Positions 19,369-28,401 of a stretch of 64,000 bases of DNA are shown here, one piece after another. Numbering within the stretch: the stretch's first letter is position 1; the number at the start of each line of letters is the position of its first letter. The notes under the pieces were generated by a model. It was not told the origin of the DNA. It made no database searches and was given only the letters and a program-made list of their open reading frames with translations. Both the position numbers and the translations under genes were made by a program. This stretch comes from Candidatus Foliamicus sp. (GTDB taxonomy: Bacteria > Pseudomonadota > Gammaproteobacteria > Steroidobacterales > Foliamicaceae), in contig OZ252226.1 in assembly GCA_965249285.1 (NCBI GenBank), forward strand, positions 1,187,095 through 1,251,094, written 5' to 3'.

Positions 19369-19526
19369 TACATCAACCTCCTGGGCATCAAGATCGTAGC
19401 GGATTGACCCGCATCTTAATGTGCCTGGGCTCGAGAAACGTCTACAGGCTCGCCAAGAGTCAAGGTTCCGGTAAGGCGAGGCTGCAACAATTGCAGGAAC
19501 CGACACTCACTGATGGGATAAGTAAC

Positions 19527-20234
19527 ATGGGCAGAATTACTCGCCGTGCCGCGATTGCCATGTCCGGAAAGGCGTTACTTGCTCTCGCTGCCTCCGGGCC
19601 GCTTACTCAAGCGGTGTTGGCAAAGGAACCGGAGACGGTCAGCTGGGAGCGATTTCTCGAGTTGTGCCACGAACTATCGAAAACGCAGTTTGCGGAGCGC
19701 TGGAATCAGGAAACGTATACGGCGGACACTCAGCGTTTGGTTCGTCGATTGCGGCTGGATGACCAGAATATCGTTGATTACATCCAACGTTATGAAGACC
19801 TGAACACCCATTTCCCGGAAATCCGCTCCATGCACTACGAGCGCCAATTCATGGTGTCGATGCTGGATTTCGAACCGGGCGAAGAAATTCCCCTGCACGA
19901 TCATCCCGATATGACGGGCGTAGCCTATTGCACGACCGGTCGCGTGGCCGTCGATCACTACGACAGGCTCAAAGAAACGGCGGGGAACGGCAATCCGCTG
20001 CTCCGATTCGAGCGTCATATTGAAATGACCGCCGGAGACACTGCCGCGCTGACAGTCGACAAGGGCAATATCCATACTCTCAAAGCCAGCAGGTTCACGC
20101 GCATGATCGATCTGTTCACGCCGCCTTACGACCGTGATCGGGTGACACGAGCCAGGTACTACGCGAAGGATTCGTCCCCATACCGCGGCCGCAACGGAAT
20201 ATTCGAAGCGGAGACTTCGGTCAGCCCTTTCTAG
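19527..20234 (+). CDS. Tat-exported cupin, cysteamine dioxygenase/plant cysteine oxidase (ADO/PCO)-like
   Basis: MGRITRRAAIA...AVLA twin-arginine signal; IPLHDHPDM, GNIH, DLFTPPYD, RYY motifs. Confidence 0.75.
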   Translation: MGRITRRAAIAMSGKALLALAASGPLTQAVLAKEPETVSWERFLELCHELSKTQFAERWNQETYTADTQRLVRRLRLDDQNIVDYIQRYEDLNTHFPEIRSMHYERQFMVSMLDFEPGEEIPLHDHPDMTGVAYCTTGRVAVDHYDRLKETAGNGNPLLRFERHIEMTAGDTAALTVDKGNIHTLKASRFTRMIDLFTPPYDRDRVTRARYYAKDSSPYRGRNGIFEAETSVSPF

Positions 20235-20300
20235 TACTCAAACGAATCAGTTGGAGACATGGAAGTTGGAGATTGCAAGAACCACCACTTGAGTTCGTAT

Positions 20301-21170
20301 CTAACGGAGAAGCGCCACCGTGCTCCGGGTAAGTGTCCGGGCCACCCGGAAACCAAGGCTCGGACTGCGGTCGTCGGCGGCGCTGGCGAAGCGGACCGCG
20401 GAGCGCAGGTCATACGGAAAGTCGTCGTGGGAGCCGCCGCGCAAGACTCGCTGCGAGCAGTCGCCGCTGAGCCAGGCATCTCCATTCGAGGGGGCGCCGG
20501 AATAATTCTCGTTCCAGCAGTCCTCGACCCACTCCCATACATTGCCATGCATTTCGTGCAAGCCAAACGCATTGGCCTTGAATGATCCCACCGGGGCGGT
20601 CTGCACAAAGTCCCATTGGGTGGTACAGCCACCACAATTGGCTCTTCCCTGACCAATTTCGTTCCCCCAGGTGAATTGGGTCGTCGACCCCGCCCGGGCC
20701 GCGTATTCCCACTCGGCTTCCGTCAATAGCCGGTAGGTCTGTCCAGACTGCGACGACAACCAGGCCACGTATTCCCTGGCGTCATTCCATGACACATTGA
20801 TGATCGGCCGCCGCTCTCGCCCCCAGCCTTCGTCATCCACTTTGTCCGGATTCGCAAAGCGGTCGTAATCCTCGAACGTGATCTCATACTTCGACACGGC
20901 AAAAGGCTGCGAGAAGGATACGGTGTGTACCGGCTTCTCATCTTCGTAGCATTCCTGACCCGACACGCAGCCCATCCGGAAACTGCCGGCGGGAATCACT
21001 ACCATCTCAGGACCGCTCCCGCCCGCCTGAAGCGCGTCCGAGAAAGTATCCCCCGGCTGAGGCAGCGGAGGGCTCGAACCCTGCAACATCTCATCCGGCT
21101 GCGCCGCCGCTACCTCAGCAAGAATCATTGCGAAAGCGGCCAGAGCGAACATTGCCAAGACCTTCTTCAT
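20301..21170 (-). CDS. Secreted formylglycine-generating enzyme-like (FGE-sulfatase/SUMF1) domain protein
   Basis: EMVVIPAGSFRMG, RLLTEAEWEYAARAG, GNVWEW, RVLRGGS, GFRVAR. Confidence 0.9.
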   Translation of the reverse strand: MKKVLAMFALAAFAMILAEVAAAQPDEMLQGSSPPLPQPGDTFSDALQAGGSGPEMVVIPAGSFRMGCVSGQECYEDEKPVHTVSFSQPFAVSKYEITFEDYDRFANPDKVDDEGWGRERRPIINVSWNDAREYVAWLSSQSGQTYRLLTEAEWEYAARAGSTTQFTWGNEIGQGRANCGGCTTQWDFVQTAPVGSFKANAFGLHEMHGNVWEWVEDCWNENYSGAPSNGDAWLSGDCSQRVLRGGSHDDFPYDLRSAVRFASAADDRSPSLGFRVARTLTRSTVALLR

Positions 21171-21284
21171 GATCGAAACCCCCGGAGTCAGGTACCACCC
21201 ATGTGGTCATCGACAGATAGCCTACACAAATTCCCGGAGGCAGACACCCTCAGCCTGCGAACCACAAATGGCATCGTCGGAGCG

Positions 21285-22707
21285 TCAGAGGGCGTTGGCC
21301 AATTGCTGATATGCCCTGCGTCCTTCGTCCGCCGCCGGCCCATAGTGCTGCAGGCCATCCAGTTCGGAATGGGCAAACGCAATGCGCCCATAATTCTCCC
21401 GAAGCGTATCGCGCGGCGCCGAGCCATTTGCGCCGCCATAGAACCCGGGATACGGGACCGAGTAGGCGTGGCCCCAGCGATTGAGTATGACGCCTGCCAC
21501 ATCGACGCTCGGATCGAATCCAGCCGTGCCGAACAGTCGCAACATTTGCCGATAGATTCTTGTCTCGTACTCTGAGTAAGGGGCGCTCAGCAATTCTGCG
21601 CGGCCGAGCGTGACCTGCGCCATGGGGTCCAGCCCCGGCGAATGAAAGGGTGTATAGAAGGAAAGAACGGCCGGCTTGTTCGGGTCAAGCGGCGGCCGGT
21701 AGTCTCCCACATGCATGGGACTGCGGATGTTGCAGGTAAAGCCGAATCCGTCGCTCTGCTTGTCCCAGATTGCGGCGGTAATGCCGAGTTTGTAAAGAAA
21801 ACGCCAATTCGTTAACGCGACGTTCGCGACCAAAAATGGCGCGTGCAGAAAACTCTCGCACGCCTCGCGATAGGACGCCGGCAAATCATGAATGATGTAT
21901 CGATTGATCCAGCTCCCCGAAGCCATCACTACAGCCTTGGCTTTGATTCCGTGGTATCTCCCGTTGCGCGCATAAACCACCGACACTGAACCGGCTTCTC
22001 TCGGTGCTCCGTCGTGTGAAACATACATTGCCGTCGCACTGGCCCGCATGCGTATCGGTTGACCTGCTCGATCCAAAGCGCCGGGGTTGATCCGACGGGT
22101 AATGATGTCTTCAAAACTCGCCCCGCCTTCGATAGCGTCCGGGATCAGGCGTTTCAGAAAATACCGGACGAAGCCGGAATTTCCACCGGGAAACGAGACC
22201 CGCCGGCTGCCTTCTGGCATTGGCCCTAAAAAACCGGGCATCGGCAACTGGTAGGCGGCGTAGGCCGACACGCTGTCGCTCCCCAGCCCGCACGCGGATG
22301 CCAGGCACAAATCCGCGTAGCGTATTCCCTCGTCGCCGAGCTTCAACTCGTTGCTGCGAGAACTCAAGCGCCGCACCCAATCCCGCCATCCCCGCGCCGA
22401 CGATCACAAGATCGATTTCTTCGACCGAATCCAATTGACCAAAATCAGTCGAAGATTGTCGATCAAGAATGCGATGCGCCGTCTCGACTACTTCCGGCGA
22501 ATTGCCGTGCGAGTGACGGTACGACCCAACGCCGCCGTACCCATACCAGTCGGCTCCAAGCGATGGTTCTATTGGATTAGATGCCGTCTGGCAATAGGTG
22601 GGAATTGCGCGCGCCGTCAGGGCAGCACCGGCTCCAATCGCCATGCCATTCACGAAGTCGCGCCGCGTAATGTGCCTACCGAACCGAGGTCGCCGAGTCT
22701 TGCTCAT
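21285..22707 (-). pseudogene. Tat-exported FAD oxidoreductase (spermidine dehydrogenase-like), frameshifted and probably internally deleted
   Basis: N-part ITRRDF Tat signal, HGN, IVGAGMAG in ORF 22111-22707; C-part NRWGHAY, RIAFAHSEL in ORF 21285-22376; frames switch near 22360. Confidence 0.7.
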
Positions 22708-22849
22708 GAAAGGACGATCCTATCGCTTCTTGCGACTTTGCTAAAAACGCAAACTGCGCGCCAACTGGCGGAGAGCTCGCCGGTCCAGCAATTGCTGTAT
22801 TGCCATCCGGCTCACAGAGCAGCCCCGGCAACGTGTCCTCGCAGAACCG

Positions 22850-23227
22850 CTAAAACGCCATCTCGTTGATATCATCGGCGGTCGTCGGTTCCGGCGGCGT
22901 TCCGTCCTGGAAGGACTCGGGCCACTCCCAGTCCACATCCGGGTTCAGCACCGGAAACGGCAACGCCTCCGGAGATCCCAACAGCTTCAATCCCCAATAG
23001 GCCCAGTTGCGCCGGTCGAATAGGCCTGGTGGGGCATTTCGGTAAGCATCCCGGAACTGTTCGTCGGAAAACAGCGTGTGAGCCTCCAGAATGTCGTCGA
23101 CCGATCCACGGGCCATTGTTTCGGTCAAGAGTTGGCGGGGTTTGGCAGCCACGTCTTCCGGCGGCTCATACCAATTGACGTTGCGCGCCAAGCGGATCAG
23201 TCGGGCGTGGGAATCGGACACGGTCAA
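22850..23227 (-). CDS. Small protein coupled to the nucleotidyltransferase, putative antitoxin
   Basis: ATGA overlap with upstream NTase; 125 aa with aromatic helical motif. Confidence 0.55.
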   Translation of the reverse strand: MTVSDSHARLIRLARNVNWYEPPEDVAAKPRQLLTETMARGSVDDILEAHTLFSDEQFRDAYRNAPPGLFDRRNWAYWGLKLLGSPEALPFPVLNPDVDWEWPESFQDGTPPEPTTADDINEMAF

Positions 23228-23922
23228 GGATCGGTATCTGGATGAGCGTTGGGCATCACGGGAGCAACAAGACCGATCAGACCCCTCGGAGCCGGACAGG
23301 GAATGTTGCCCACGTCGACGGATTCAACCGCCTTTTCAAGCTGTCGCCGGTCGGCCGGGGACAACCCCTCCAGCGCCGGCGGGTAACTCAACATACGCAG
23401 AGTGATGTATGGATTGAATTGTTCCCCATAAATTGTTTTCGCAAAGCCGAGCCCCTTCGGCAGCGATAGTTCCGTTTGGCGTAAAACGGCGCAAATATCT
23501 GCCAGGTCCTTGCCGCTCTGACGCTTCTGAATTGTGGCGCACTTGCAACCGAATACGTCGCACACGTCGGCAATCCGCACGCCGGGCGCAAACTCCAGCG
23601 GGCTCTTGACGGTTCGTAACTTCAGACCCCCAAAGAAACTCACGGACACTGGGCCGTCTTCCGTGCCAACCTGCACCGTCAGAGTGTTGCGTTCTTCTTG
23701 GGTAATCTTGCTCCCGGCCAAGAAATCCAGTTGCTCACGCAGTTGCCGGGGGACGAACGGGCGCGAACTGAAGAAATCGAAATCCACGCTGCTGCGATGC
23801 CCGAGTTGCAGCGCCAACGCAGTGCCGCCATACAGCACAAAATGCTCCGGCAAACCCTCAAGCCGTGCCCAGAGGCGCTGTTGAGCCGACGGCAGAATGT
23901 TCCAATACGGAGCTTGATTCAA
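23224..23922 (-). CDS. AbiEii/AbiGii-family nucleotidyltransferase toxin
   Basis: LYGGTALALQLGHRSSVDFDFF motif, K..TI..R...KDLADI. Confidence 0.85.
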   Translation of the reverse strand: MNQAPYWNILPSAQQRLWARLEGLPEHFVLYGGTALALQLGHRSSVDFDFFSSRPFVPRQLREQLDFLAGSKITQEERNTLTVQVGTEDGPVSVSFFGGLKLRTVKSPLEFAPGVRIADVCDVFGCKCATIQKRQSGKDLADICAVLRQTELSLPKGLGFAKTIYGEQFNPYITLRMLSYPPALEGLSPADRRQLEKAVESVDVGNIPCPAPRGLIGLVAPVMPNAHPDTDP

Positions 23923-24194
23923 GTTGTTATTGTACTTCTCCTGCCAGCCGAAGACAGCATACCGTCTACATCAAATAGTGGAGCGGCTTGCCACTGCGAG
24001 CCGCACCGCGTTAACCCGGCGCATCTCGGTCTCACCTGCGCGCGAGGGAAAGCATTCCCGCACGCGTGCAAAAGTCCGGCACACATCCGGGTCCGCCTCC
24101 ATTTCCTGCTCAATACGCTGGGCCGTATATCCATGGCCTGCGCGTCTCAGCGCTGCGCTGTTGATCCCAATCCAGGTGCCACTGCCGAACTCGC

Positions 24195-25544
24195 CTAGCC
24201 TGATTCGGCAGGTCCCGACTTGAAAATTTCCAGCATTCTTACAATGCTCCTCTCGAAAGTCGGATCTGTTCCCCGTGTATCGTCGCGACTCAGCACTTCT
24301 TCGCCAACCTCAACGGCACGATCCGTTTCGCCCAGGCGACCCAAGATACCCATGTACGTCGATGCAATTTTGGCCGTCGGCTCCATCGAATACGCTTTCG
24401 CACTGAGATCAAGGGCGCGTTGTTGAATTTCGGGCGTGTCGGCCATGGAGAGGTGCATCGCGAAACTGGTGTAGTCCGACCCGGTTAAGGTATCTCCCGC
24501 AGCTGCAATCTTCTCATCCGTTTCGGCGAGCATGACGTCCCATGCTTTCGTGGCGGTGAGGTAGGAATTTCGGCCCAGTTTCTCAAGATAGGACTTGTAG
24601 AGGTAGTCATTTTCAATTTCGCTAATCTGGATTTCGTAGGCGCGCGCCAATTCGCCATCCAGTTGATCGATATAGCGGGTATAGTCGGCATCGCCTTGAC
24701 GGGATGATAGAGCGACAGAAACTTTTATGCTCTCAAGTACGAGAAAGGCTATGCGAGACTCCTCGACTACTTCCGCGTACGCATCGTAGTGTTGCACCAC
24801 AAACTCGATCCACTCATTCTCTCGAGGAACGCTCGACAGGAAACTGCTGAAAAGATCGAAATCTTCCGCATTGATAAGTGATTCTGGCTCGACGCTGTCA
24901 ACATACTCATTAAATGCTGCAGTCAGTGCTGCGCGGCGCGCCATATATTCCGGCTGCATAAAGGCAGCTGTCACCGACTCTCCCGAGAACGACTCAGTTG
25001 TTAGCACGTATCGGCCCTCTACCAGATAGTCTTTGACGAGGTCGCGATCACGATCACCGGTATCGTATTTTTTCTCAAGCGCGGCAAACACCTGGCGTTC
25101 CTCGCCCATTGCCTCTCTTGCAACCGCAATGAACAACTCGGGTTTGAACGTACCGCCAACGGAATATTGCAATGTTCCGTCAGGTTTGATGTACAAATAG
25201 GTTGGATAGGCCGAGACACCGTATATGTTCGCCAATTCCGGGCCACGTATCGAAAAATCTTCCGCGTCCAGTTTGAAATTAACAAAGTGCTCGTTGTAAT
25301 AGGCACCAACATCTGCGCGTGGAAAGACGTTCAGATCCATGAGTTTGCACGGACCGCACCAACTCGTATAGACATCGACGAAGACCAGTTTGTCTTCGGC
25401 CCCTGCCTTTTCGAGAGCGGCATCAAAAGAACCCTCAAAGAACACGATTCCTGATTCGTCAACAACTTCCGCTCTCTCGCCCGCACTGCAAGCCGCAAGA
25501 AAAACTGCAACCAGCAAAGCGGCGATTACACGCAAACCGCTCAC
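24195..25544 (-). CDS. Thioredoxin-domain lipoprotein with helical C-terminus (paralog 3)
   Basis: LAAC lipobox, VDVYTSWCGPCK, YDTGDRD motif. Confidence 0.85.
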   Translation of the reverse strand: MSGLRVIAALLVAVFLAACSAGERAEVVDESGIVFFEGSFDAALEKAGAEDKLVFVDVYTSWCGPCKLMDLNVFPRADVGAYYNEHFVNFKLDAEDFSIRGPELANIYGVSAYPTYLYIKPDGTLQYSVGGTFKPELFIAVAREAMGEERQVFAALEKKYDTGDRDRDLVKDYLVEGRYVLTTESFSGESVTAAFMQPEYMARRAALTAAFNEYVDSVEPESLINAEDFDLFSSFLSSVPRENEWIEFVVQHYDAYAEVVEESRIAFLVLESIKVSVALSSRQGDADYTRYIDQLDGELARAYEIQISEIENDYLYKSYLEKLGRNSYLTATKAWDVMLAETDEKIAAAGDTLTGSDYTSFAMHLSMADTPEIQQRALDLSAKAYSMEPTAKIASTYMGILGRLGETDRAVEVGEEVLSRDDTRGTDPTFERSIVRMLEIFKSGPAESG

Positions 25545-26884
25545 AGGCCAAGCTCCTTCATCTCTTGGGTAAATCGATCGATCATGAATTGTCCGCGGTC
25601 GCCACCCATTTCCTCAAATTCCGCGAGCGCCTGCGCGTAAAACTCGCGAGCCTTTTCTTTCTCGCCCATTGTCGCCATAAAGTGACCGTAATCTGTTGCC
25701 ACGTACGAATTGTAGAAATTCTCGTACGCGTACTTGATGAACTTCTCGGTCTCGGGGTAGAACTCCTCGCCGCCCTCCGTCATACGCAGCCGGCGATAGT
25801 AGATAAGAAACTGAGACGCACCCAGGAGTTCTTTGCCTTCCATCACAAAGTCCCAACCGTGCTTCAAGTAACCGGCGAAGTCCCCCTGCGACATCGCGTG
25901 CTCCTGTTCACCCAAAGATGTCAGGACTTTGACCGGATCAACAATGTCCGCGTCGTTGAAGGCGTACGCTTTCGCCAGCTTCGTGTCGATGTCTTTGACG
26001 TATTCTTCGAACAACTCCCGATTGCCTGCGGCGCCAGCGTCGTTAATACCCGTGTAATTGGCGTTCATCAAGAATGTGCCGAACTCCTCCTCGTTCGGGA
26101 GGACAGCGACATATTCGTCATAGTGGTCGATCATATATTCGATATATTCGTGACCTCGACTAAGTTTCAATGTAGCGCCAAGGTTGTTTTTGAGAATCTG
26201 AAAATCATCCTCAGTCACTAACTGAGACGGTGGATGGCTGTTCACGTACTCGTGCAGCGCCGCCACAATTTTTCCACCCAGGGCCTGCTCTTCCGGTATG
26301 GCGGGCAATTCGAAATTGGCCATTACTTTGGCCCCCTCGAGAATGTAGCTGCGAACCAGGTCGGCATCGCGATCTCCGGCTTCGTACCGATCCGCAACCA
26401 TCTGAAACTCAATGGCCGGATCTTCACCGAGAACAGACTTCCCAACCGCAATGAACACAGCGGGATCCATCAATCCATTGCGGCGGCGCATAAGCTCTCC
26501 GTTCTTATCCATGTACAAATAGCTCGGAAACCCGAACGCACCATACTTTTCAGCGAACGCCGGACCGTCGGAGTCCGGATCCTCGGCATCGATCTTCCAG
26601 TTAATGTAATTCGCGTTGTAGTACTCGCCGACATCGTCTCGCGAGAAAACATCGGCGACCATTACCTTGCACGGGCCACACCACTCCGTGTAAACGTCGA
26701 CGAAAATCGGAAGATCTCGTTCCTGTGCCATCGCGAGCACGTCGGCAAAATTGCCCTCGACGAACACCATTCCACCTGATGCTTCCGTCATCTGCTTGTT
26801 TTCCTGCTCGGCTCCGCAACCATTCAGAGCTAGCGAAACGATGGCACAGGTCACTATTGCCAGGTAATTGTTCTTGATATCCAT
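25541..26884 (-). CDS. Thioredoxin-domain lipoprotein with helical C-terminus (paralog 2)
   Basis: LNGC lipobox, VDVYTEWCGPCK, YEAGDRD motif; start set at MDIKNN. Confidence 0.85.
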   Translation of the reverse strand: MDIKNNYLAIVTCAIVSLALNGCGAEQENKQMTEASGGMVFVEGNFADVLAMAQERDLPIFVDVYTEWCGPCKVMVADVFSRDDVGEYYNANYINWKIDAEDPDSDGPAFAEKYGAFGFPSYLYMDKNGELMRRRNGLMDPAVFIAVGKSVLGEDPAIEFQMVADRYEAGDRDADLVRSYILEGAKVMANFELPAIPEEQALGGKIVAALHEYVNSHPPSQLVTEDDFQILKNNLGATLKLSRGHEYIEYMIDHYDEYVAVLPNEEEFGTFLMNANYTGINDAGAAGNRELFEEYVKDIDTKLAKAYAFNDADIVDPVKVLTSLGEQEHAMSQGDFAGYLKHGWDFVMEGKELLGASQFLIYYRRLRMTEGGEEFYPETEKFIKYAYENFYNSYVATDYGHFMATMGEKEKAREFYAQALAEFEEMGGDRGQFMIDRFTQEMKELGL

Positions 26885-26985
26885 AACGAATTCATTCCTC
26901 TTGCCGTAGTTCGGCACAGACGCACATATGAAGTTTCCATGTATTAAAAAGCGCACGAATACTCGACGCACGCGCTAACATCGCA

Positions 26986-28356
26986 CTACTGAATGAGCTC
27001 CGTCTCAAGCTGAAACAGCGTAAGCTCGAACAAATCCCACGCACGCTCATCAACGCCGTCGTCCAATTCCCGGCCCGCCAATATCTTGTGACCCAACTGC
27101 ACCGCAGCTTCGCCGTCTCCCGCTTGTTGCAGGTGATACATATAAGTCATCGCCACCATCGGCGCAGGTTCCAGTTCAAGGGCTTTTCTTGCGTAGTGCA
27201 TTGACTTCCGACGCCATTCGGGATCGGGCGCCCGTTCAAACTGTTGCATCGCCGCAGCATAGTCCTGAGCAGTAACCGCCTGTCCCTTCTGCGCCAGCAT
27301 TTCCTCGGTCGACGCGTACAAAGCTTCCCAATCCTGCTGGGTTGGCTCATAGTGGAGTTGACCAAGTTTCTCGAAATATTCCTTGTAAAGGTACTCATTG
27401 TGCACGGTTTCCAACTGAACGCTGTAAGCCGCTGCAAGATCGCCATCAAGTCTGGCAATATCGTCTACATAAGACGAGTCTCCCGCCTGTGCCTTTTCGG
27501 CAACCGTGCTCTTGATATCTTCGAGAAGGTAGACGGCCACGCTGGTCTCCGGGACAAACTCGACAAAGCGAGCATAGTTGTCTGTGACGAATTTGACGGT
27601 TTTCGGATCCCGCTTAGGGCCCGATTCGTACGTCCGGATTAACGCGAAGTCCTCGCGATTAATGGTATCGCTCAGATTTCGGCGGGCCTTGTACGCCTCG
27701 TAATTTTTCCCCTGTTTGAAACTGAACAGCCAGCCTTCTTTCGAGCGCTGTGTTCCGGGCACATTATTGCTGGCGAGCACCAGATAAGCGCGAACGAAAT
27801 CCAGGTCGCGCTCGCCACTTTCGTAACGCGCTGACATTTCTGCAAAAAGCGTGTCGGTTTCGCCTCGCATCTTGCGGCCGAATCTGACGAACGCATCTGG
27901 CTCAAAATAGCCGAAGCCTTTGTCAACGTGCTCACCGTTTCCATTGAGGATCAGATAGGTCGGCAGCACTTCGACGCTGTTTGGCCCCGCCAACTCGGGA
28001 CCGTCAAAAACCTCGGCTTCCTGGTCACGCTTGATGACGACGAAATTATCGTTGAAGTACGAACCTACACCGGGATCCGTAAACACATTCAGGTCCATCA
28101 TTTTGCAGGGTGCACACCAGGTCGTGTAGACGTCCACCATGACCAGCTTGTCTTCCGCCGAGGCCTTTGCAAGCGCATTTTCGTAACTGCCGTCAAATAA
28201 CTCAATCCCTTGCGCGCCGGCGACGATTCCAGGTTCGGCATCATCCCGTTCCGCACATGCGCTCAGCAAAAAAACGGCTGGCAGCGCCAACAGCACTGCC
28301 AGCCGAATCGATCTGATTCTTGCTTTGTCAGCGGCCTGCCGATTCGTCAATACCAT
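26986..28356 (-). CDS. Thioredoxin-domain lipoprotein with helical C-terminus (paralog 1)
   Basis: LSAC lipobox, VDVYTTWCAPCK, YESGERD motif. Confidence 0.85.
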   Translation of the reverse strand: MVLTNRQAADKARIRSIRLAVLLALPAVFLLSACAERDDAEPGIVAGAQGIELFDGSYENALAKASAEDKLVMVDVYTTWCAPCKMMDLNVFTDPGVGSYFNDNFVVIKRDQEAEVFDGPELAGPNSVEVLPTYLILNGNGEHVDKGFGYFEPDAFVRFGRKMRGETDTLFAEMSARYESGERDLDFVRAYLVLASNNVPGTQRSKEGWLFSFKQGKNYEAYKARRNLSDTINREDFALIRTYESGPKRDPKTVKFVTDNYARFVEFVPETSVAVYLLEDIKSTVAEKAQAGDSSYVDDIARLDGDLAAAYSVQLETVHNEYLYKEYFEKLGQLHYEPTQQDWEALYASTEEMLAQKGQAVTAQDYAAAMQQFERAPDPEWRRKSMHYARKALELEPAPMVAMTYMYHLQQAGDGEAAVQLGHKILAGRELDDGVDERAWDLFELTLFQLETELIQ

Positions 28357-28401
28357 GTCGTATCACCCTGGTGTCGTGTACTCGCGTGACACGACACTGG
28401 A

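Noticed and set aside
23924-24194. Small ORFs between the NTase and thioredoxin genes
   Set aside because: No convincing start, RBS or motif in any frame.
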